From positions 35,470 to 99,469 of the IMG/VR virus record IMGVR_UViG_3300027644_000003: DNA of 64,000 nucleotides; one strand, 5' to 3'. Shown piece by piece: positions 38,843 through 49,226 of the stretch; position 1 is the stretch's first letter, and each line of letters starts with the position of its first letter. The DNA is from a virus. The translations under genes and the position numbers were made by a program. A model generated the notes under the pieces. The model did not search any database and was not told the origin of the DNA. It was given only the letters and a program-made list of their open reading frames with translations.

Positions 38843-39919
38843 TTAGTTTGTTTCTGCTAGAACTACAGACTGATCTGTGATTAGACCAAGACCGTAAATT
38901 GCATACCAAGCAAGCGCATGCTCACGACCGAAGTCTAGAATACCACCATCGCGGAGTTCTACTGGAAGCGAGATTGCGTGACCGAATGCGTTATCTCCAA
39001 TGAAGATTGCGCTGTAACGATCCTTGTTACCATTACCTGTCTTTGTTGCTGGGGATGTGTAACCGCCACCTGTTGGGTAAACGATTGATCCTGCAGCAAC
39101 TGCAGTGTCAGCTGAGTAGCCTGAGCCAGCTCCGCCAACAACCTTTTCGATCTGTGTTGTTTCGATGAATACTGTGTCGTATAGACGACCAATCTCACCT
39201 AGCATGAAGTTACCTGGAGCTGCGTACTTTGTTACTTCGATGAACTCTGGGTTGTCACGAAGCTTGCGGCTCTGGTGTGGGTGGATGAATGCAACATATG
39301 TCTCACCCAAACGAGGGATGTTCTTTGTTGCAAGTGTCTCTACTGCATCCTTAACAACTCCTGTTGTTAGGTCGAATGCACCAGTCATAGAAGCACGGGA
39401 AGTACCTGCGGTACCTGTTCCGTACCAGTCATTTGCAGCTGTAAGACCTGAGCGGTCATAGCCGTAAATAACTGAAGATGCGGCCATGAGTGTGTCACGT
39501 GCCTGACCATCTAGGTATAGAGCCATGTTACGACCAAGAAGACGTGAGGCTGAAGCCATTACGTCATCAAATGATGCGTTAAGTAGTAGCTCTGAAACAG
39601 CAATTGCATAGCCATGCTCTGCAACTGTGATTGAGAATTGCTGTGCTGTTAGTGCGTTTGTCTGCATACGCACGCCTTCGACGAGTGAACCCGCGAAGCC
39701 GAGGTTGTTGTAACGCATAAAGTTGATCTGTAGACCTGGTGCAACTCCTAGTTCTGTCTTCTTAACAGCGAACTGTTCGAAGCGAAGAATAGGCATTGAC
39801 TGGAAAAGAATTTCCTTTGACCAGATGGTCTGAATTGCTTGTGTAAGCTGGCTATTGGAGCCAGAGTACGCTGTTGGGGCCGCGGCTAAATTACCGGTAC
39901 CCGTTACGGCTGATGCCAT
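38843..39919 (-). CDS. Major capsid protein (N4-gp56-like)
   Basis: LRFEQFA, LVEGV, IHPHQ, GEIGRL and DFGRE motifs. Confidence 0.93.
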   Translation of the reverse strand: MASAVTGTGNLAAAPTAYSGSNSQLTQAIQTIWSKEILFQSMPILRFEQFAVKKTELGVAPGLQINFMRYNNLGFAGSLVEGVRMQTNALTAQQFSITVAEHGYAIAVSELLLNASFDDVMASASRLLGRNMALYLDGQARDTLMAASSVIYGYDRSGLTAANDWYGTGTAGTSRASMTGAFDLTTGVVKDAVETLATKNIPRLGETYVAFIHPHQSRKLRDNPEFIEVTKYAAPGNFMLGEIGRLYDTVFIETTQIEKVVGGAGSGYSADTAVAAGSIVYPTGGGYTSPATKTGNGNKDRYSAIFIGDNAFGHAISLPVELRDGGILDFGREHALAWYAIYGLGLITDQSVVLAETN

Positions 39920-39966
39920 GTCGGTTTTACTCCTTAGTTAGTTTGTTTAATTACTTAGGTAACTTC

Positions 39967-40743
39967 TTACCCGAAGATTCCCTTGCCTCGGTCAGATGCG
40001 GATTTACCCAGCAACTTTCCTCGGTATTTTGCGTATTCGGTAACCGACATTGCGGCAATCTGCTCCGCAGTAAACGAGTTTTGCTCCATATTAGTGTCCA
40101 TCGGTCCGGATGGAGGCGCTGTTACACGACTCCCAGTCATTTCTTTACGGGCATTCTGCATTGCAGACTGCGCCGATTCCAGGATTCTTGAAGATCTCTC
40201 TCTCAGTCCTGTAATACTTTGTTCGATCTCATCAGGAGTACTTCCTGAAATTAGATCTACGAGCTCTGGCATGATGTTATCACGCTCATCTTCTAAGCGG
40301 CGTGTGCGATACTCAGTGAGTTCCGCATATTGACGCTCACGCTCAAGAAGAGTGAAAGCACGTTCGCGTTCTCCGCGTTCTACTTCCAACTTTTGAGCCC
40401 ACTCTAATTCTTTTGCTTCAAGTAGCTGACGAATATCCATATCTGCTTCAGCCTTTTTCTTAGCTTCTGCTTCTGCTTCTGCTGCACGAGTTGCTGCTTC
40501 GGCAAGACGTTCTTCACGCTCTTTCTTGAGCACATTGAGTTCTTCTTTTAGTGAATCTATTTGCGGATAGAGCTTTGATTTTTCCTGCTCACGTACACGC
40601 TTTAGATCATCTTCGCTATAAGCCTTGTCTGTCAAGGCTTGCTCTCTTACTGGTGTTGCTACTGTATCTGTTGCTACTGGAACATCGGCTAGAAAAGCGG
40701 CCTGTGCTTCAGGTGAATCTACGATATTTGTTGTTTCTGACAT
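39967..40743 (-). CDS. Capsid scaffolding protein
   Basis: Coiled-coil; C-terminal IAAMSVTEYAKYR; between portal and capsid. Confidence 0.85.
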   Translation of the reverse strand: MSETTNIVDSPEAQAAFLADVPVATDTVATPVREQALTDKAYSEDDLKRVREQEKSKLYPQIDSLKEELNVLKKEREERLAEAATRAAEAEAEAKKKAEADMDIRQLLEAKELEWAQKLEVERGERERAFTLLERERQYAELTEYRTRRLEDERDNIMPELVDLISGSTPDEIEQSITGLRERSSRILESAQSAMQNARKEMTGSRVTAPPSGPMDTNMEQNSFTAEQIAAMSVTEYAKYRGKLLGKSASDRGKGIFG

Positions 40744-40857
40744 GCTTTTTTTCCTTAGGTTTAAGAGGTCGTTGTCCGATTTAGTGCCACGATGACCTGC
40801 GGATTATTAGGTGGTAATAGGCTTCCAAACTATTACTAGTTTGTCTGCCTAAACTTG

Positions 40858-42564
40858 TTATTCTGGCTTATCCGAATCTGGGACCCTCTTTTGAGGAATC
40901 TTAGTTCCGTATGCCTCTGTAACAAGTTCAACTTGAGTCTGTTGCAGTTCTTGCAAGACTCCTTCTTCTAGTGGGGAAATTACCCCAGGTTGTCCGGTAG
41001 GTCCAGGTCCAACTCCCTGTCCAGGATCTTGTCCTGGAGGTGTGGTTCCATCTGGAAGAATTCCGGTTAAAGATGCAATAGAGGATGCAATTTGATTTCT
41101 TACTAGTTGGAGAGCTCCGTCGGCTTTAGCGTCAGCAATTAGCTCTGAACGGATCTCCTCAAGCTTTTCATCTGGGAACTCTTCGCCAAGTTGACGTAAA
41201 GCTCCTTCACGACTCTCAAGACCCATAGCCATTTTGCTCTGAATTTCATTTAATACAATGAGCTTATCTAATGGGAGTGGAGGTGGAAAATGTACTGTTG
41301 ATTCGTAGGTAGTAGGATCATCAAGATTTAATACTGGAAGTTGGAACTTCTTTATAGGTCCATTCTTAGCTTGGTCCCAAATAAATAACTCTGGTTCTTT
41401 AAATGCAAGTGTGCGAAGAATAAGACTATTGATCTGCTGCATTCCCTCGCCGTATTGAATCATCTTCTGTTGATAACGATTCATCAATGGCTGGTACTGA
41501 ATAGAAAGGGCAACACCTGAAGTATTAGAAATTGGTTGTACTTGTCCAAGAGCTGTCTCTGGAACACCAACCATTTCGTGCATTGCAGTTTTGATTATCT
41601 TTAGGTACTCCATGGCTCCTTGAAGGCCTTGACCGCCACCTTCTAGGTTAAAGACTTGAGCGTCTTTTGGTAGCCCGCCCCAGACCTTCTTAGGTCCCTT
41701 TTCAAGGGAGGAGGCCTTAGCACCTGTGATAACTGTAACTGGTGCCGCATGGTAGTTAATGATGTCTGCAACATCTGTTGCTACTTCGTTATAGTTACGG
41801 TTTAGAACAATAATATCGTGGCAGTCTGATAAGCCCCAAGGGGATCCAGAAACCAATACGTTTGCAATGTGAATGATTGGAACTACGCCAATAGGGTTTG
41901 GACGAGAGTCAATTAGCTCATCGTTAATATATTCTTCAATTCTGTCATCAGTCAAGATCTCTGTGTAGGTGTAGACCTGACGAGTACCTTCCATAGAAGT
42001 ACCCCAAAAACGGTACTTAAGCTTAAAACGAATTAAACGTGAACGATCATGCGGGTGGAACTCTGGGAAACAAAAAGAAGAGTTTAAAGGAAGTACACGT
42101 ACACGTCCTGCGTGCATAGCACCAATAGAGTCTTGATAAGCTTCTTCGTAAGCTACTTTGACAAAACAATCGCCAGATACTCCGCCTTGCTGTCCCATCT
42201 CCCACATAACAGAATGTTTATCATTATCTACTTCCCAGACTCTCTTTAACATATCTGGTACTACTGATTCTGTTTCTGCTGGACTGCGGAAAGATGCTCC
42301 GCGACCAAATGTAAAGTTACATATGTAATCTGTAAACGCTCTATAATAATTGTAAACCATTTGTGATTCGCCTATTTCACGGCGATAAGACCAATGATGG
42401 CCAAGATACATTGCCCAATTAAGCGAGTAACGATTTAGTCTTGGACCGTGTACTTCAAATTCTTCATCAGCAAGTTCTACTAAACCAAGAGGAGAAATAG
42501 AGATTGTTAAGTCGGAAGACGCAGCTCTATAACTGGGAGGTGAAAAATCAATGCCACCGGCCAT
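40858..42564 (-). CDS. Portal protein (SPP1 gp6-like)
   Basis: NPIGVVPIIHIAN, WGLSD and SNTSGVAL motifs. Confidence 0.92.
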   Translation of the reverse strand: MAGGIDFSPPSYRAASSDLTISISPLGLVELADEEFEVHGPRLNRYSLNWAMYLGHHWSYRREIGESQMVYNYYRAFTDYICNFTFGRGASFRSPAETESVVPDMLKRVWEVDNDKHSVMWEMGQQGGVSGDCFVKVAYEEAYQDSIGAMHAGRVRVLPLNSSFCFPEFHPHDRSRLIRFKLKYRFWGTSMEGTRQVYTYTEILTDDRIEEYINDELIDSRPNPIGVVPIIHIANVLVSGSPWGLSDCHDIIVLNRNYNEVATDVADIINYHAAPVTVITGAKASSLEKGPKKVWGGLPKDAQVFNLEGGGQGLQGAMEYLKIIKTAMHEMVGVPETALGQVQPISNTSGVALSIQYQPLMNRYQQKMIQYGEGMQQINSLILRTLAFKEPELFIWDQAKNGPIKKFQLPVLNLDDPTTYESTVHFPPPLPLDKLIVLNEIQSKMAMGLESREGALRQLGEEFPDEKLEEIRSELIADAKADGALQLVRNQIASSIASLTGILPDGTTPPGQDPGQGVGPGPTGQPGVISPLEEGVLQELQQTQVELVTEAYGTKIPQKRVPDSDKPE

Positions 42565-42640
42565 TACTCACAACTCCCCATCTTAATTTTTTAAACCCCT
42601 TTGTTTTCTTCTCTAACTCTTACTTAGAATATATCTAAGT

Positions 42641-42680
42641 AAAAACTTCCAACCCCGGAGAAGGGGTGCGGGGTTGGAAG
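42641..42680 (-). terminator. Intrinsic terminator with CACCCCTTCTC loop
   Basis: Perfect 12-bp stem CTTCCAACCCCG/CGGGGTTGGAAG followed by TTTTT on minus strand. Confidence 0.85.
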
Positions 42681-42699
42681 CTTCTACAGTCTACTATAT

Positions 42700-43107
42700 T
42701 TAATCTGCTACTTGAGCAGGGTTCATACGTTGCTGGCGTCCACCTGAGCGGATTACCTCTTCAATAACAACCTGTGAATGATCACCGAAGTTACCTTGGG
42801 AAAACTCTGCGTTATAGGCTGGAGCCTCTGGCCATGCGGCTGAACCGACATGTGCACGTTGTTTCATTGTTTCTTCTGGATACTTTTCAAACACGTTAAC
42901 ATTGTGGTTTGGACGACCCGCTGGGGTGTCATATCCTTGATCTAGTCCCAATTGAAAATCTTGTGGGACATCTGTGTCAGTTGCAATACCTTCTTCAAAG
43001 CGAAGTGGTCCGCGTTGTCCTGGTACTGATCCTGCCATCTTGCGTTCGTATGTTGCGCCAACCTTCTCAGGGAACTGAGGTGTTGGAGCAATGTTATCTA
43101 CTGCCAT
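42700..43107 (-). CDS. Conserved virion-associated protein
   Basis: 135 aa ORF with AGGAG RBS between terminase and portal. Confidence 0.7.
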   Translation of the reverse strand: MAVDNIAPTPQFPEKVGATYERKMAGSVPGQRGPLRFEEGIATDTDVPQDFQLGLDQGYDTPAGRPNHNVNVFEKYPEETMKQRAHVGSAAWPEAPAYNAEFSQGNFGDHSQVVIEEVIRSGGRQQRMNPAQVAD

Positions 43108-43183
43108 GTTTACTCCTTATGCATAGGGATTGAGGGTCCTCAGGTATAAGTCTCTACCTTAGGACTGCTTTTTAAATGCTAAA

Positions 43184-44779
43184 TTAAGAAAAAAATGGGG
43201 AGGCACTTACTTCTACTGTAGGCATCACCATATCCTGGGTCATGGCACAAGCTATGGCTAGAGAGTCCACAAAGTCGTCGTGGGCGTGGGCTTCATCAGG
43301 AGCAGCCACTAAAAAGTTTGGCCCCTTGTACTGGACTTCTGCGTCAGTCATTTGTTGATAAAATTTCTTCCAAAGACGTAAACGACGAGTTTTTGCGTGG
43401 GCAGGCCAAGAAACCATCTGACGTTGGATTAGTGCTTGTAGGTGCTTCCATCTCTTAGATTGTTCCGAAGGACTTGAGGTAATGGGGACTACCTCAGCTC
43501 TAGGCATAAGAACTTTTAAACGTCCAGCTACAGCATCTCCAACACCGTTAGAGTCCACACCAATTGCCAGGACGTCATAGTTACCCAAGAAGTTAACTAT
43601 TTGGAAGTATTGTTCTTCCCAGTCATCGCCTTGAATTTCTAGCCAATTAAGAACACGATGGTCATAATAACCAAATTCATCAGGCCTATCCCAATCAACC
43701 CAGACAACAGTAACAACTGTAGAGTCCATCTTTCTTGCGGGGTCAATTCCAACCACAACCGGGGAACGGTGCCAACTCTTAACAAGTTCTTGAGACGTGT
43801 CTCCAAGCTCATCCATAATCGTTGAGGTAAGGAACATACCTCTTTCCAAAAGCCACTTACAGTTGTACGACATCTGAAACTCATCTGAATCCTCTCCAAC
43901 ACGTAACATCTCCTTTTTAATAAACTTTTCGTAGTTATCGTTAAACTTTGCAACATCCCGCCAATCCCATTGGAAATGGTTTTGTTTGGCTGAACGTCCT
44001 GTTTGCCTACGCTTGTTCAATTGAATAGCTCTATAGAAGTTATTCTTTGAAGTAGTAGGGGTACCGGTTTTAACAATAGTAGCGTTGTAGTAAGCACCCA
44101 TTGGAGAAATTGACTTAGACACAACAAAGTCATCTGCTTCTTGACACTCATCAATAATAATTAGGTGGAAAGACTTAGACTCGATCTTTGCACGAGGGTT
44201 AGCTGTCATCATCATAAGAGTAGAGCCTGAGTTCTTTAACTTGATGTTACGCACAACTCCAGGAGTTTTTGTAGCCATATCGTCAATCTCAGGATCTCCA
44301 AGAACTTCTAGGGCTCTTTCACTTGTAAGACGAGAAACAGTTCTACCGTACAGGGTTTCTACCTGTGATTGGATGGGAGCAAACATACCTACCCAGATAC
44401 CATCTCCAAACTTACCTAGAAGTTCAGGGTACATCTTTGCAAGGCGTGGAAGGATAACCATCAATGTTGCAACGGTATTAGCAATAGTTTCTGACTTACC
44501 TGACTGACGAGAGGCAAGTGCGGTTACTTCTTCACCGTCATTAATAATAACTGATTCAATAATGCGTCTAGCAAGAGGTTCTTGATAAGCGTGCAGCTTA
44601 TGACCCACTAGCATTTCCATAAAAGCCATAATCTTATTTATTAAGGCTTTTACAAACTCTTTAGACAGTTCGTCTAACTCATCCGGATCTTCTTCAAGCA
44701 GGTCGTCTTCTTCTAAACTTAATTCTTCATGGGGGTCTATTTCCTCAAATTGTTCTTCGTCGTACTCAAAATTATCCAT
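43184..44779 (-). CDS. terL: Terminase large subunit
   Basis: RQSGKS (Walker A), IIIDE (Walker B), GIDPA and DDFVDS (nuclease). Confidence 0.96.
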   Translation of the reverse strand: MDNFEYDEEQFEEIDPHEELSLEEDDLLEEDPDELDELSKEFVKALINKIMAFMEMLVGHKLHAYQEPLARRIIESVIINDGEEVTALASRQSGKSETIANTVATLMVILPRLAKMYPELLGKFGDGIWVGMFAPIQSQVETLYGRTVSRLTSERALEVLGDPEIDDMATKTPGVVRNIKLKNSGSTLMMMTANPRAKIESKSFHLIIIDECQEADDFVVSKSISPMGAYYNATIVKTGTPTTSKNNFYRAIQLNKRRQTGRSAKQNHFQWDWRDVAKFNDNYEKFIKKEMLRVGEDSDEFQMSYNCKWLLERGMFLTSTIMDELGDTSQELVKSWHRSPVVVGIDPARKMDSTVVTVVWVDWDRPDEFGYYDHRVLNWLEIQGDDWEEQYFQIVNFLGNYDVLAIGVDSNGVGDAVAGRLKVLMPRAEVVPITSSPSEQSKRWKHLQALIQRQMVSWPAHAKTRRLRLWKKFYQQMTDAEVQYKGPNFLVAAPDEAHAHDDFVDSLAIACAMTQDMVMPTVEVSASPFFS

Positions 44780-45038
44780 TAGAGTGTCGCTTTACCAAAG
44801 ACTCCAGAATAACGTGCAAAGCTTCTGCACCTATGCGGGCCTCTTCTAAAGAAGCAAGGTCTCTAGTTTTTTGCCAAGTAGAAAGATTACGACCAATTGT
44901 GTATAGGGCGTTCTCTGTCCAGGGCATTAAGTCTGATGTGGGTAGCGTCTCAACTCTTTTTTCTATACGAGACTTTTCTTTCTGTACTTTTTCTTTACGA
45001 AAATTAATGCTGATCATCTTGTGCTCCAAATCTAACAA
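44772..45038 (-). CDS. Hypothetical protein upstream of terL
   Basis: Helical 88 aa ORF overlapping terL start. Confidence 0.6.
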   Translation of the reverse strand: MLDLEHKMISINFRKEKVQKEKSRIEKRVETLPTSDLMPWTENALYTIGRNLSTWQKTRDLASLEEARIGAEALHVILESLVKRHSNG

Positions 45039-45297
45039 AGTCCCAGTTTATTTCTTCGTCTGGGAGATATCTACCACGAATAGCATTGGTTAGTGCCTGG
45101 CTCTCATCATACGATGAATTCCACTTACCTACAACTAAAGCCAGTCTAGTGAACGGTAGTCGTATTGAAACTCCAACTCCACCCCTAAACGGTAAGGCTA
45201 TTTCTTGAGTTTCAGCTCTTTCCCACAAAATTGGTGGCTTTACCGGATATACCAGTGTATGCCAATAAAGAGATCCAACAGTTCTTGGATTTGCCAA
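45004..45297 (-). CDS. Hypothetical protein
   Basis: 97 aa ORF in operon; GAGG RBS. Confidence 0.65.
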   Translation of the reverse strand: MANPRTVGSLYWHTLVYPVKPPILWERAETQEIALPFRGGVGVSIRLPFTRLALVVGKWNSSYDESQALTNAIRGRYLPDEEINWDFVRFGAQDDQH

Positions 45298-45299
45298 TC

Positions 45300-45560
45300 T
45301 TATACCTCACAGTCGTGTCCCATAACTTCTACTTCTCGTAGAGGTTCTAAACAAATTTTACACCGATACCATCTTTGTACAGTAAAACTATTTTGAGATG
45401 TTCCGCCAACAGGAACCTCTACACCACCATCAGGCTGTGGTTGATAGTCTGAGATTACCTCAGGAGAATCAAACAGCTCTGGTGGGAATGGTCCCTTAGG
45501 CGAATGCGCAGTCTCAGGTACGGGATGCCCTTGTCTCGTAACTATGCGCTCAATGCGCAT
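45300..45560 (-). CDS. Zn-finger-like hypothetical protein
   Basis: C-terminal CKIC...HDC. Confidence 0.65.
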   Translation of the reverse strand: MRIERIVTRQGHPVPETAHSPKGPFPPELFDSPEVISDYQPQPDGGVEVPVGGTSQNSFTVQRWYRCKICLEPLREVEVMGHDCEV

Positions 45561-45712
45561 TATTCTGCAGGCGCTTCAGTTGTCTTCTTTGTAGTTTTCT
45601 TTGTTTCTTCTACTACAGGCTCTGCAACGGGTGTTTCTACTACAGGTGTCTCTACTACTGGTGCTGGAGCTACTGGTTCTTCAGTATTCCATGGTTTTGA
45701 CCAAGTTGTCAT
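45560..45712 (-). CDS. Small Pro/Glu/Val-rich protein (50 aa)
   Basis: Manual ORF MTTWSKPWNTEEPVAPAPVVETP...; GAGGA RBS, TAATG coupling. Confidence 0.7.
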   Translation of the reverse strand: MTTWSKPWNTEEPVAPAPVVETPVVETPVAEPVVEETKKTTKKTTEAPAE

Positions 45713-45761
45713 GTGATTTTCCTCTCGTTAGACAAAAAGATATTCTACATGGGTTTCTTGG

Positions 45762-45791
45762 TTGCTGACCCCCTGTAGTTACTGCTACGGT
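45762..45791 (+). promoter_or_regulatory. SigA-like promoter for SLT gene
   Basis: TTGCTG-N18-TACGGT with extended -10 TGn. Confidence 0.45.
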
Positions 45792-45935
45792 ATATCCATG
45801 GTTCAGGCATCTGGGCCATCACTAACTACGTAACAAAAGGGTTGCAGTACGAATCCGGCAGACATAGGCCGGATTGCTTTTATGCGGGTGACAGTCGCAT
45901 AGGGTAAGAACTGGCCTTCTAGCCTAGGAGATAGT

Positions 45936-46478
45936 GTGAATAAAGATGCAACTTCTCAAATTGCAATTATGGTGGCCTATTTAATGTTGATCTGCGGTAT
46001 CCCCGCAGCTATGGCTACCGAGCACATAAGTAAAGAAACCCCAACACAAACTATAGTAGAGGTCGTAGATCCACTCGACAGATACCGTGGGGCAACAGAC
46101 CTGACTAATAGCGAGTTGAAAGACCTGCTATCCCTAGTCGGATTCAAAGGCAACAACCTAAAAGTAGCTTGGTCAGTAGTTATGAAAGAGTCCAGGGGTA
46201 ACCCAGACTCACATAACAAGACTTCAGCCACAGGGGACAACTCCTATGGATTATTTCAGATCAATATGTTTGGCGATCTGGCAGAAAGCCGTAGAGAGAA
46301 GTTTGGTATCAAAACCGACGTGGAACTATTAGACCCGGTAATAAACGCTCAAGCAGCGTTCTACATGACTGGTAGGGGAACAAATTGGAGTTCTTGGGGT
46401 TACGGCCCTGGAGCTTACGATGGGGACCCTGAAGAACCAGGCATTACTAAATGGTTTGATGATTTCACTAAAAATTAA
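45936..46478 (+). CDS. Secreted lysozyme-like / SLT muralytic enzyme
   Basis: N-terminal signal/TM segment; KESRGN and YGLFQIN; paralogous to tape measure SLT domain. Confidence 0.88.
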   Translation: MNKDATSQIAIMVAYLMLICGIPAAMATEHISKETPTQTIVEVVDPLDRYRGATDLTNSELKDLLSLVGFKGNNLKVAWSVVMKESRGNPDSHNKTSATGDNSYGLFQINMFGDLAESRREKFGIKTDVELLDPVINAQAAFYMTGRGTNWSSWGYGPGAYDGDPEEPGITKWFDDFTKN

Positions 46479-46486
46479 ATAATAGT

Positions 46487-46512
46487 AAAGGCCCGGGAGA
46501 CCGGGCCTTTTC
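46487..46512. terminator. Bidirectional terminator
   Basis: AAAGGCCCGG-GAGA-CCGGGCCTTTT between convergent genes. Confidence 0.88.
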
Positions 46513-46515
46513 TAT

Positions 46516-46827
46516 TTACTTTTCGTTTTCTTTCTTACCAGCTCTTCGTTTATTCTCTTTTGCGGTGTTCTTACCATGCTTCAATGCCCTTAGGTTTCCC
46601 TTAGAGTCATTGCTGTGGTTGTTGTCCTTGTGGTCAACATCCGTTCCTCTAGGTAGTTTTCCGTTTTTAGATTCGTAATCGGCACGAGCCTTGTTTTTCG
46701 ATGTTGTAACCCACTTACCGTTTACTTTTTTCTTGTAAACGTAGATAGGGCGACCTCCATTCGCTTTGGAACCTTTGTAGGGACCAAACTTCTTTTCTTC
46801 AGCCATTACTATCTCCCTTGCACGCAC
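46516..46827 (-). CDS. HNH-like basic protein
   Basis: DVDHKDNNHSNDSKGNLR....N; probable start at MAEEKK. Confidence 0.75.
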   Translation of the reverse strand: MRAREIVMAEEKKFGPYKGSKANGGRPIYVYKKKVNGKWVTTSKNKARADYESKNGKLPRGTDVDHKDNNHSNDSKGNLRALKHGKNTAKENKRRAGKKENEK

Positions 46828-47089
46828 ATGATGCGTTTAACTTACCACAAGGACCGCAGGTAAAACGTTCGTGTGATTCTAAAGAACCTTGAGATTCCAA
46901 GGTATTTTCGTAACTATGTACTTCTTTATAACTCTTGAGCTTAACTCCATAGGTAGAGGAAGCATTAACAACTTGAGGGTCATTCCAAGGACGTGCAGCT
47001 TTAGAGGTGCGATCTGCTACAGACATGCGTACAACGCCTCCACGACCGTCTCTAGAGCCGAAATGTAGGTCTTTCTTTGAACGTCCCAT
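46799..47089 (-). CDS. Hypothetical protein with Cys-rich C-terminus
   Basis: CGPC...CAC motif. Confidence 0.65.
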   Translation of the reverse strand: MGRSKKDLHFGSRDGRGGVVRMSVADRTSKAARPWNDPQVVNASSTYGVKLKSYKEVHSYENTLESQGSLESHERFTCGPCGKLNASCACKGDSNG

Positions 47090-47271
47090 TAGTTTGATGA
47101 CTCCCCGCTAGCGCCCCGTCCAGGCTTCTTATAGAGGTCAAACTTAGGTGCGTCAGGTTGGGCGTACGGTAAACCAGTTAAGTATTCGGCTGCCTCTCGT
47201 GCGTTGTGGCGCAGAGACTTATAACCATTAAACTTTTCAGGTTCAGGGGGGAAACTGGTTACTCTAGGCAT
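47089..47271 (-). CDS. Hypothetical protein
   Basis: 60 aa translationally coupled ORF. Confidence 0.6.
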   Translation of the reverse strand: MPRVTSFPPEPEKFNGYKSLRHNAREAAEYLTGLPYAQPDAPKFDLYKKPGRGASGESSN

Positions 47272-47273
47272 GA

Positions 47274-49226
47274 TTAGCTTTCAGTAGCTAATTTTTTAAT
47301 GTTCTTCTTGTCTGCTCTAGAACCTTCTGGTTGTTCAAGCTTTGCATCGTCTGCACCAGCGTATCCGCCTTCAACTGCAATAACATCTTCTTTTCTTCCA
47401 AAACGCTTCTTAGCGTCTCCTTGAAGTCTCTTAGACGCTTCAGAAATTGGAACGACTGATCCAGCAGTTTCAAATGCATTCTTACGACCTTCTTTAACAG
47501 AGAAGTCTGGGAACAAACTTGGTTGAACCATAGCCTTTGTCTTCTTAGCTTTCTTTTCAGAAGGAACTACTGCACCTGCAGATCTAAGTGCAGATAACTC
47601 TTGAGCACCTGTCATGCCTGTGGTGTCCAAAGCAAACTGTTGTCCGCGGTTTGGATCCCTTGGTTTCTCATCACGATCTGTAGGAACGGTTCTTGTTGTT
47701 CTTACTTCTTCTTTAGTCTTTATTCGTGGAGCAAGGTCATCTTCTGTAAAAGTAGATTTGCCCACAGATGTTCCAACAGCTCCAGAAGACCATTTGTCTA
47801 ATGGACCTTCAGCACGTGTGTATTGAGCTGGGGATACAATGTCTGTTACAGTCTTTGGAACTCCGGTTCCAGGAAGCTTACCTTGAACCATTCTAGGACC
47901 TTTAGCACTAAAGTCTGGAAGATCTGTTGGTGGCTTTGATCCCAATAGAACTGTTCCACTCTTTGCACTTGGTGGCTTAGGCTTATCAAAAGCTCTAGGA
48001 TTAGGAGTAGGTGCTACAGGTGTATAAGTATCTTCATATTTTTCTTTTCCAAAACCTTCAGCAGCAACTTTTCTTTTTCCAGAACGCTTCATGCCACGAG
48101 GAACAGCACCGCTAGCCACATCAGCAATGTCATTAGCAACACTTGCTCCTTTTTTACGAGAAGTGCTAGAAGAACCATGTTCGCTTAACAGCTGTACTCT
48201 TAGGTGATCAATTAGGTCTACGCCTTTTGTAGGGCCTGCGCTGTAACGTAATACTTCTTGTCCGCCCTTTCCTCCACGAGTTTTTGTCTTATCCCAACCT
48301 CTGTATCCAGAGTCAAGTACTTCTCTACCGTCAGCCCCACGAGTTATTTTATTTACTATTCCTTCAGATCTAATAAACGAAGAAGGCATATCAGGGTGGT
48401 TTGCAGATACTGGAATGATTGCTTTAGTTGTTGGATGTTCCCAATACTCATCTCCATTTAGCGTTTGAGTAAAATCCTTCTTAGAAGTCTCATGCTGTAC
48501 AACTTTTCCATGCAACCCTGCAACATACGCTGGTAGGCGCATACCTGAAGCGCTTGCAGCATTCTTGTAAACTTCTTCATCTCCAATGCCCAGAACACGC
48601 ATTACTCTTGCATAAGCAGCGTGATGTTGGCCATATACGTGAATATGTTTGGTTGCTGGTGGATCATTTGGTGCAACGTCGTTTACTGTTTTGCCAGTAG
48701 ATCTAGCTGTTTGAAGATCACGTGCATGTAGTTTTAAGGCTAAATCTAAATCTCCATTTTCAGATCCAGGAAGTCCCATTCCAGATTTCATACGATCAAT
48801 AAGATTAGACGCAACTTCTGGTCTTTCTGTAACGTTTAGAGAAGCAGGCTTAGAAGCACCTGGTGGTCGAGAAGGTAGAGTTCCAAAATTAAGTACGCCA
48901 GTTTTTTCTTTACGTCCAGTACCTACTCGACGCTTAGAGCGTCCAGTTTCTTTTCCTAAACTAAGTGGCTCAACAGTTGGCTTAGCACGCAGTATGTCTG
49001 GAACATTTGGATTCTTAGGTATAGTCCCACCAGCAGAAATTCCTTCTAGCCGTGCAGCGTTACCTGCTTCAATAGATGCATTAGATGCGTCTTTTGATTG
49101 AGCAACAATTGTTTCATCTGCTCGCTGTGCGTTTTTTTCTATACCTTTTTTTACAACTTCATTTTTTGTGCGATCAAATTCATTTCCGCTAGAATCTCTA
49201 CCTGTGTTTGAAGTATCTTTAGCCAT
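47274..49226 (-). CDS. Large low-complexity basic protein (candidate internal virion protein)
   Basis: 650 aa Lys/Pro/Gly-rich ORF in late operon. Confidence 0.6.
   Translation of the reverse strand: MAKDTSNTGRDSSGNEFDRTKNEVVKKGIEKNAQRADETIVAQSKDASNASIEAGNAARLEGISAGGTIPKNPNVPDILRAKPTVEPLSLGKETGRSKRRVGTGRKEKTGVLNFGTLPSRPPGASKPASLNVTERPEVASNLIDRMKSGMGLPGSENGDLDLALKLHARDLQTARSTGKTVNDVAPNDPPATKHIHVYGQHHAAYARVMRVLGIGDEEVYKNAASASGMRLPAYVAGLHGKVVQHETSKKDFTQTLNGDEYWEHPTTKAIIPVSANHPDMPSSFIRSEGIVNKITRGADGREVLDSGYRGWDKTKTRGGKGGQEVLRYSAGPTKGVDLIDHLRVQLLSEHGSSSTSRKKGASVANDIADVASGAVPRGMKRSGKRKVAAEGFGKEKYEDTYTPVAPTPNPRAFDKPKPPSAKSGTVLLGSKPPTDLPDFSAKGPRMVQGKLPGTGVPKTVTDIVSPAQYTRAEGPLDKWSSGAVGTSVGKSTFTEDDLAPRIKTKEEVRTTRTVPTDRDEKPRDPNRGQQFALDTTGMTGAQELSALRSAGAVVPSEKKAKKTKAMVQPSLFPDFSVKEGRKNAFETAGSVVPISEASKRLQGDAKKRFGRKEDVIAVEGGYAGADDAKLEQPEGSRADKKNIKKLATES

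Noticed and set aside
38843-44779. Introns or inteins in terminase, portal or capsid; stop-codon reassignment
   Set aside because: ORFs are continuous and of normal length under the standard genetic code.
1690-45780. Phage-specific late promoter consensus
   Set aside because: Intergenic regions share only a loose GACA-N17/18-ANNNT pattern, too weak to support by eye.
45798-45935. c-di-AMP (ydaO) riboswitch
   Set aside because: The consensus elements could not be matched beyond a short GAATCC; kept only as an unknown structured leader.
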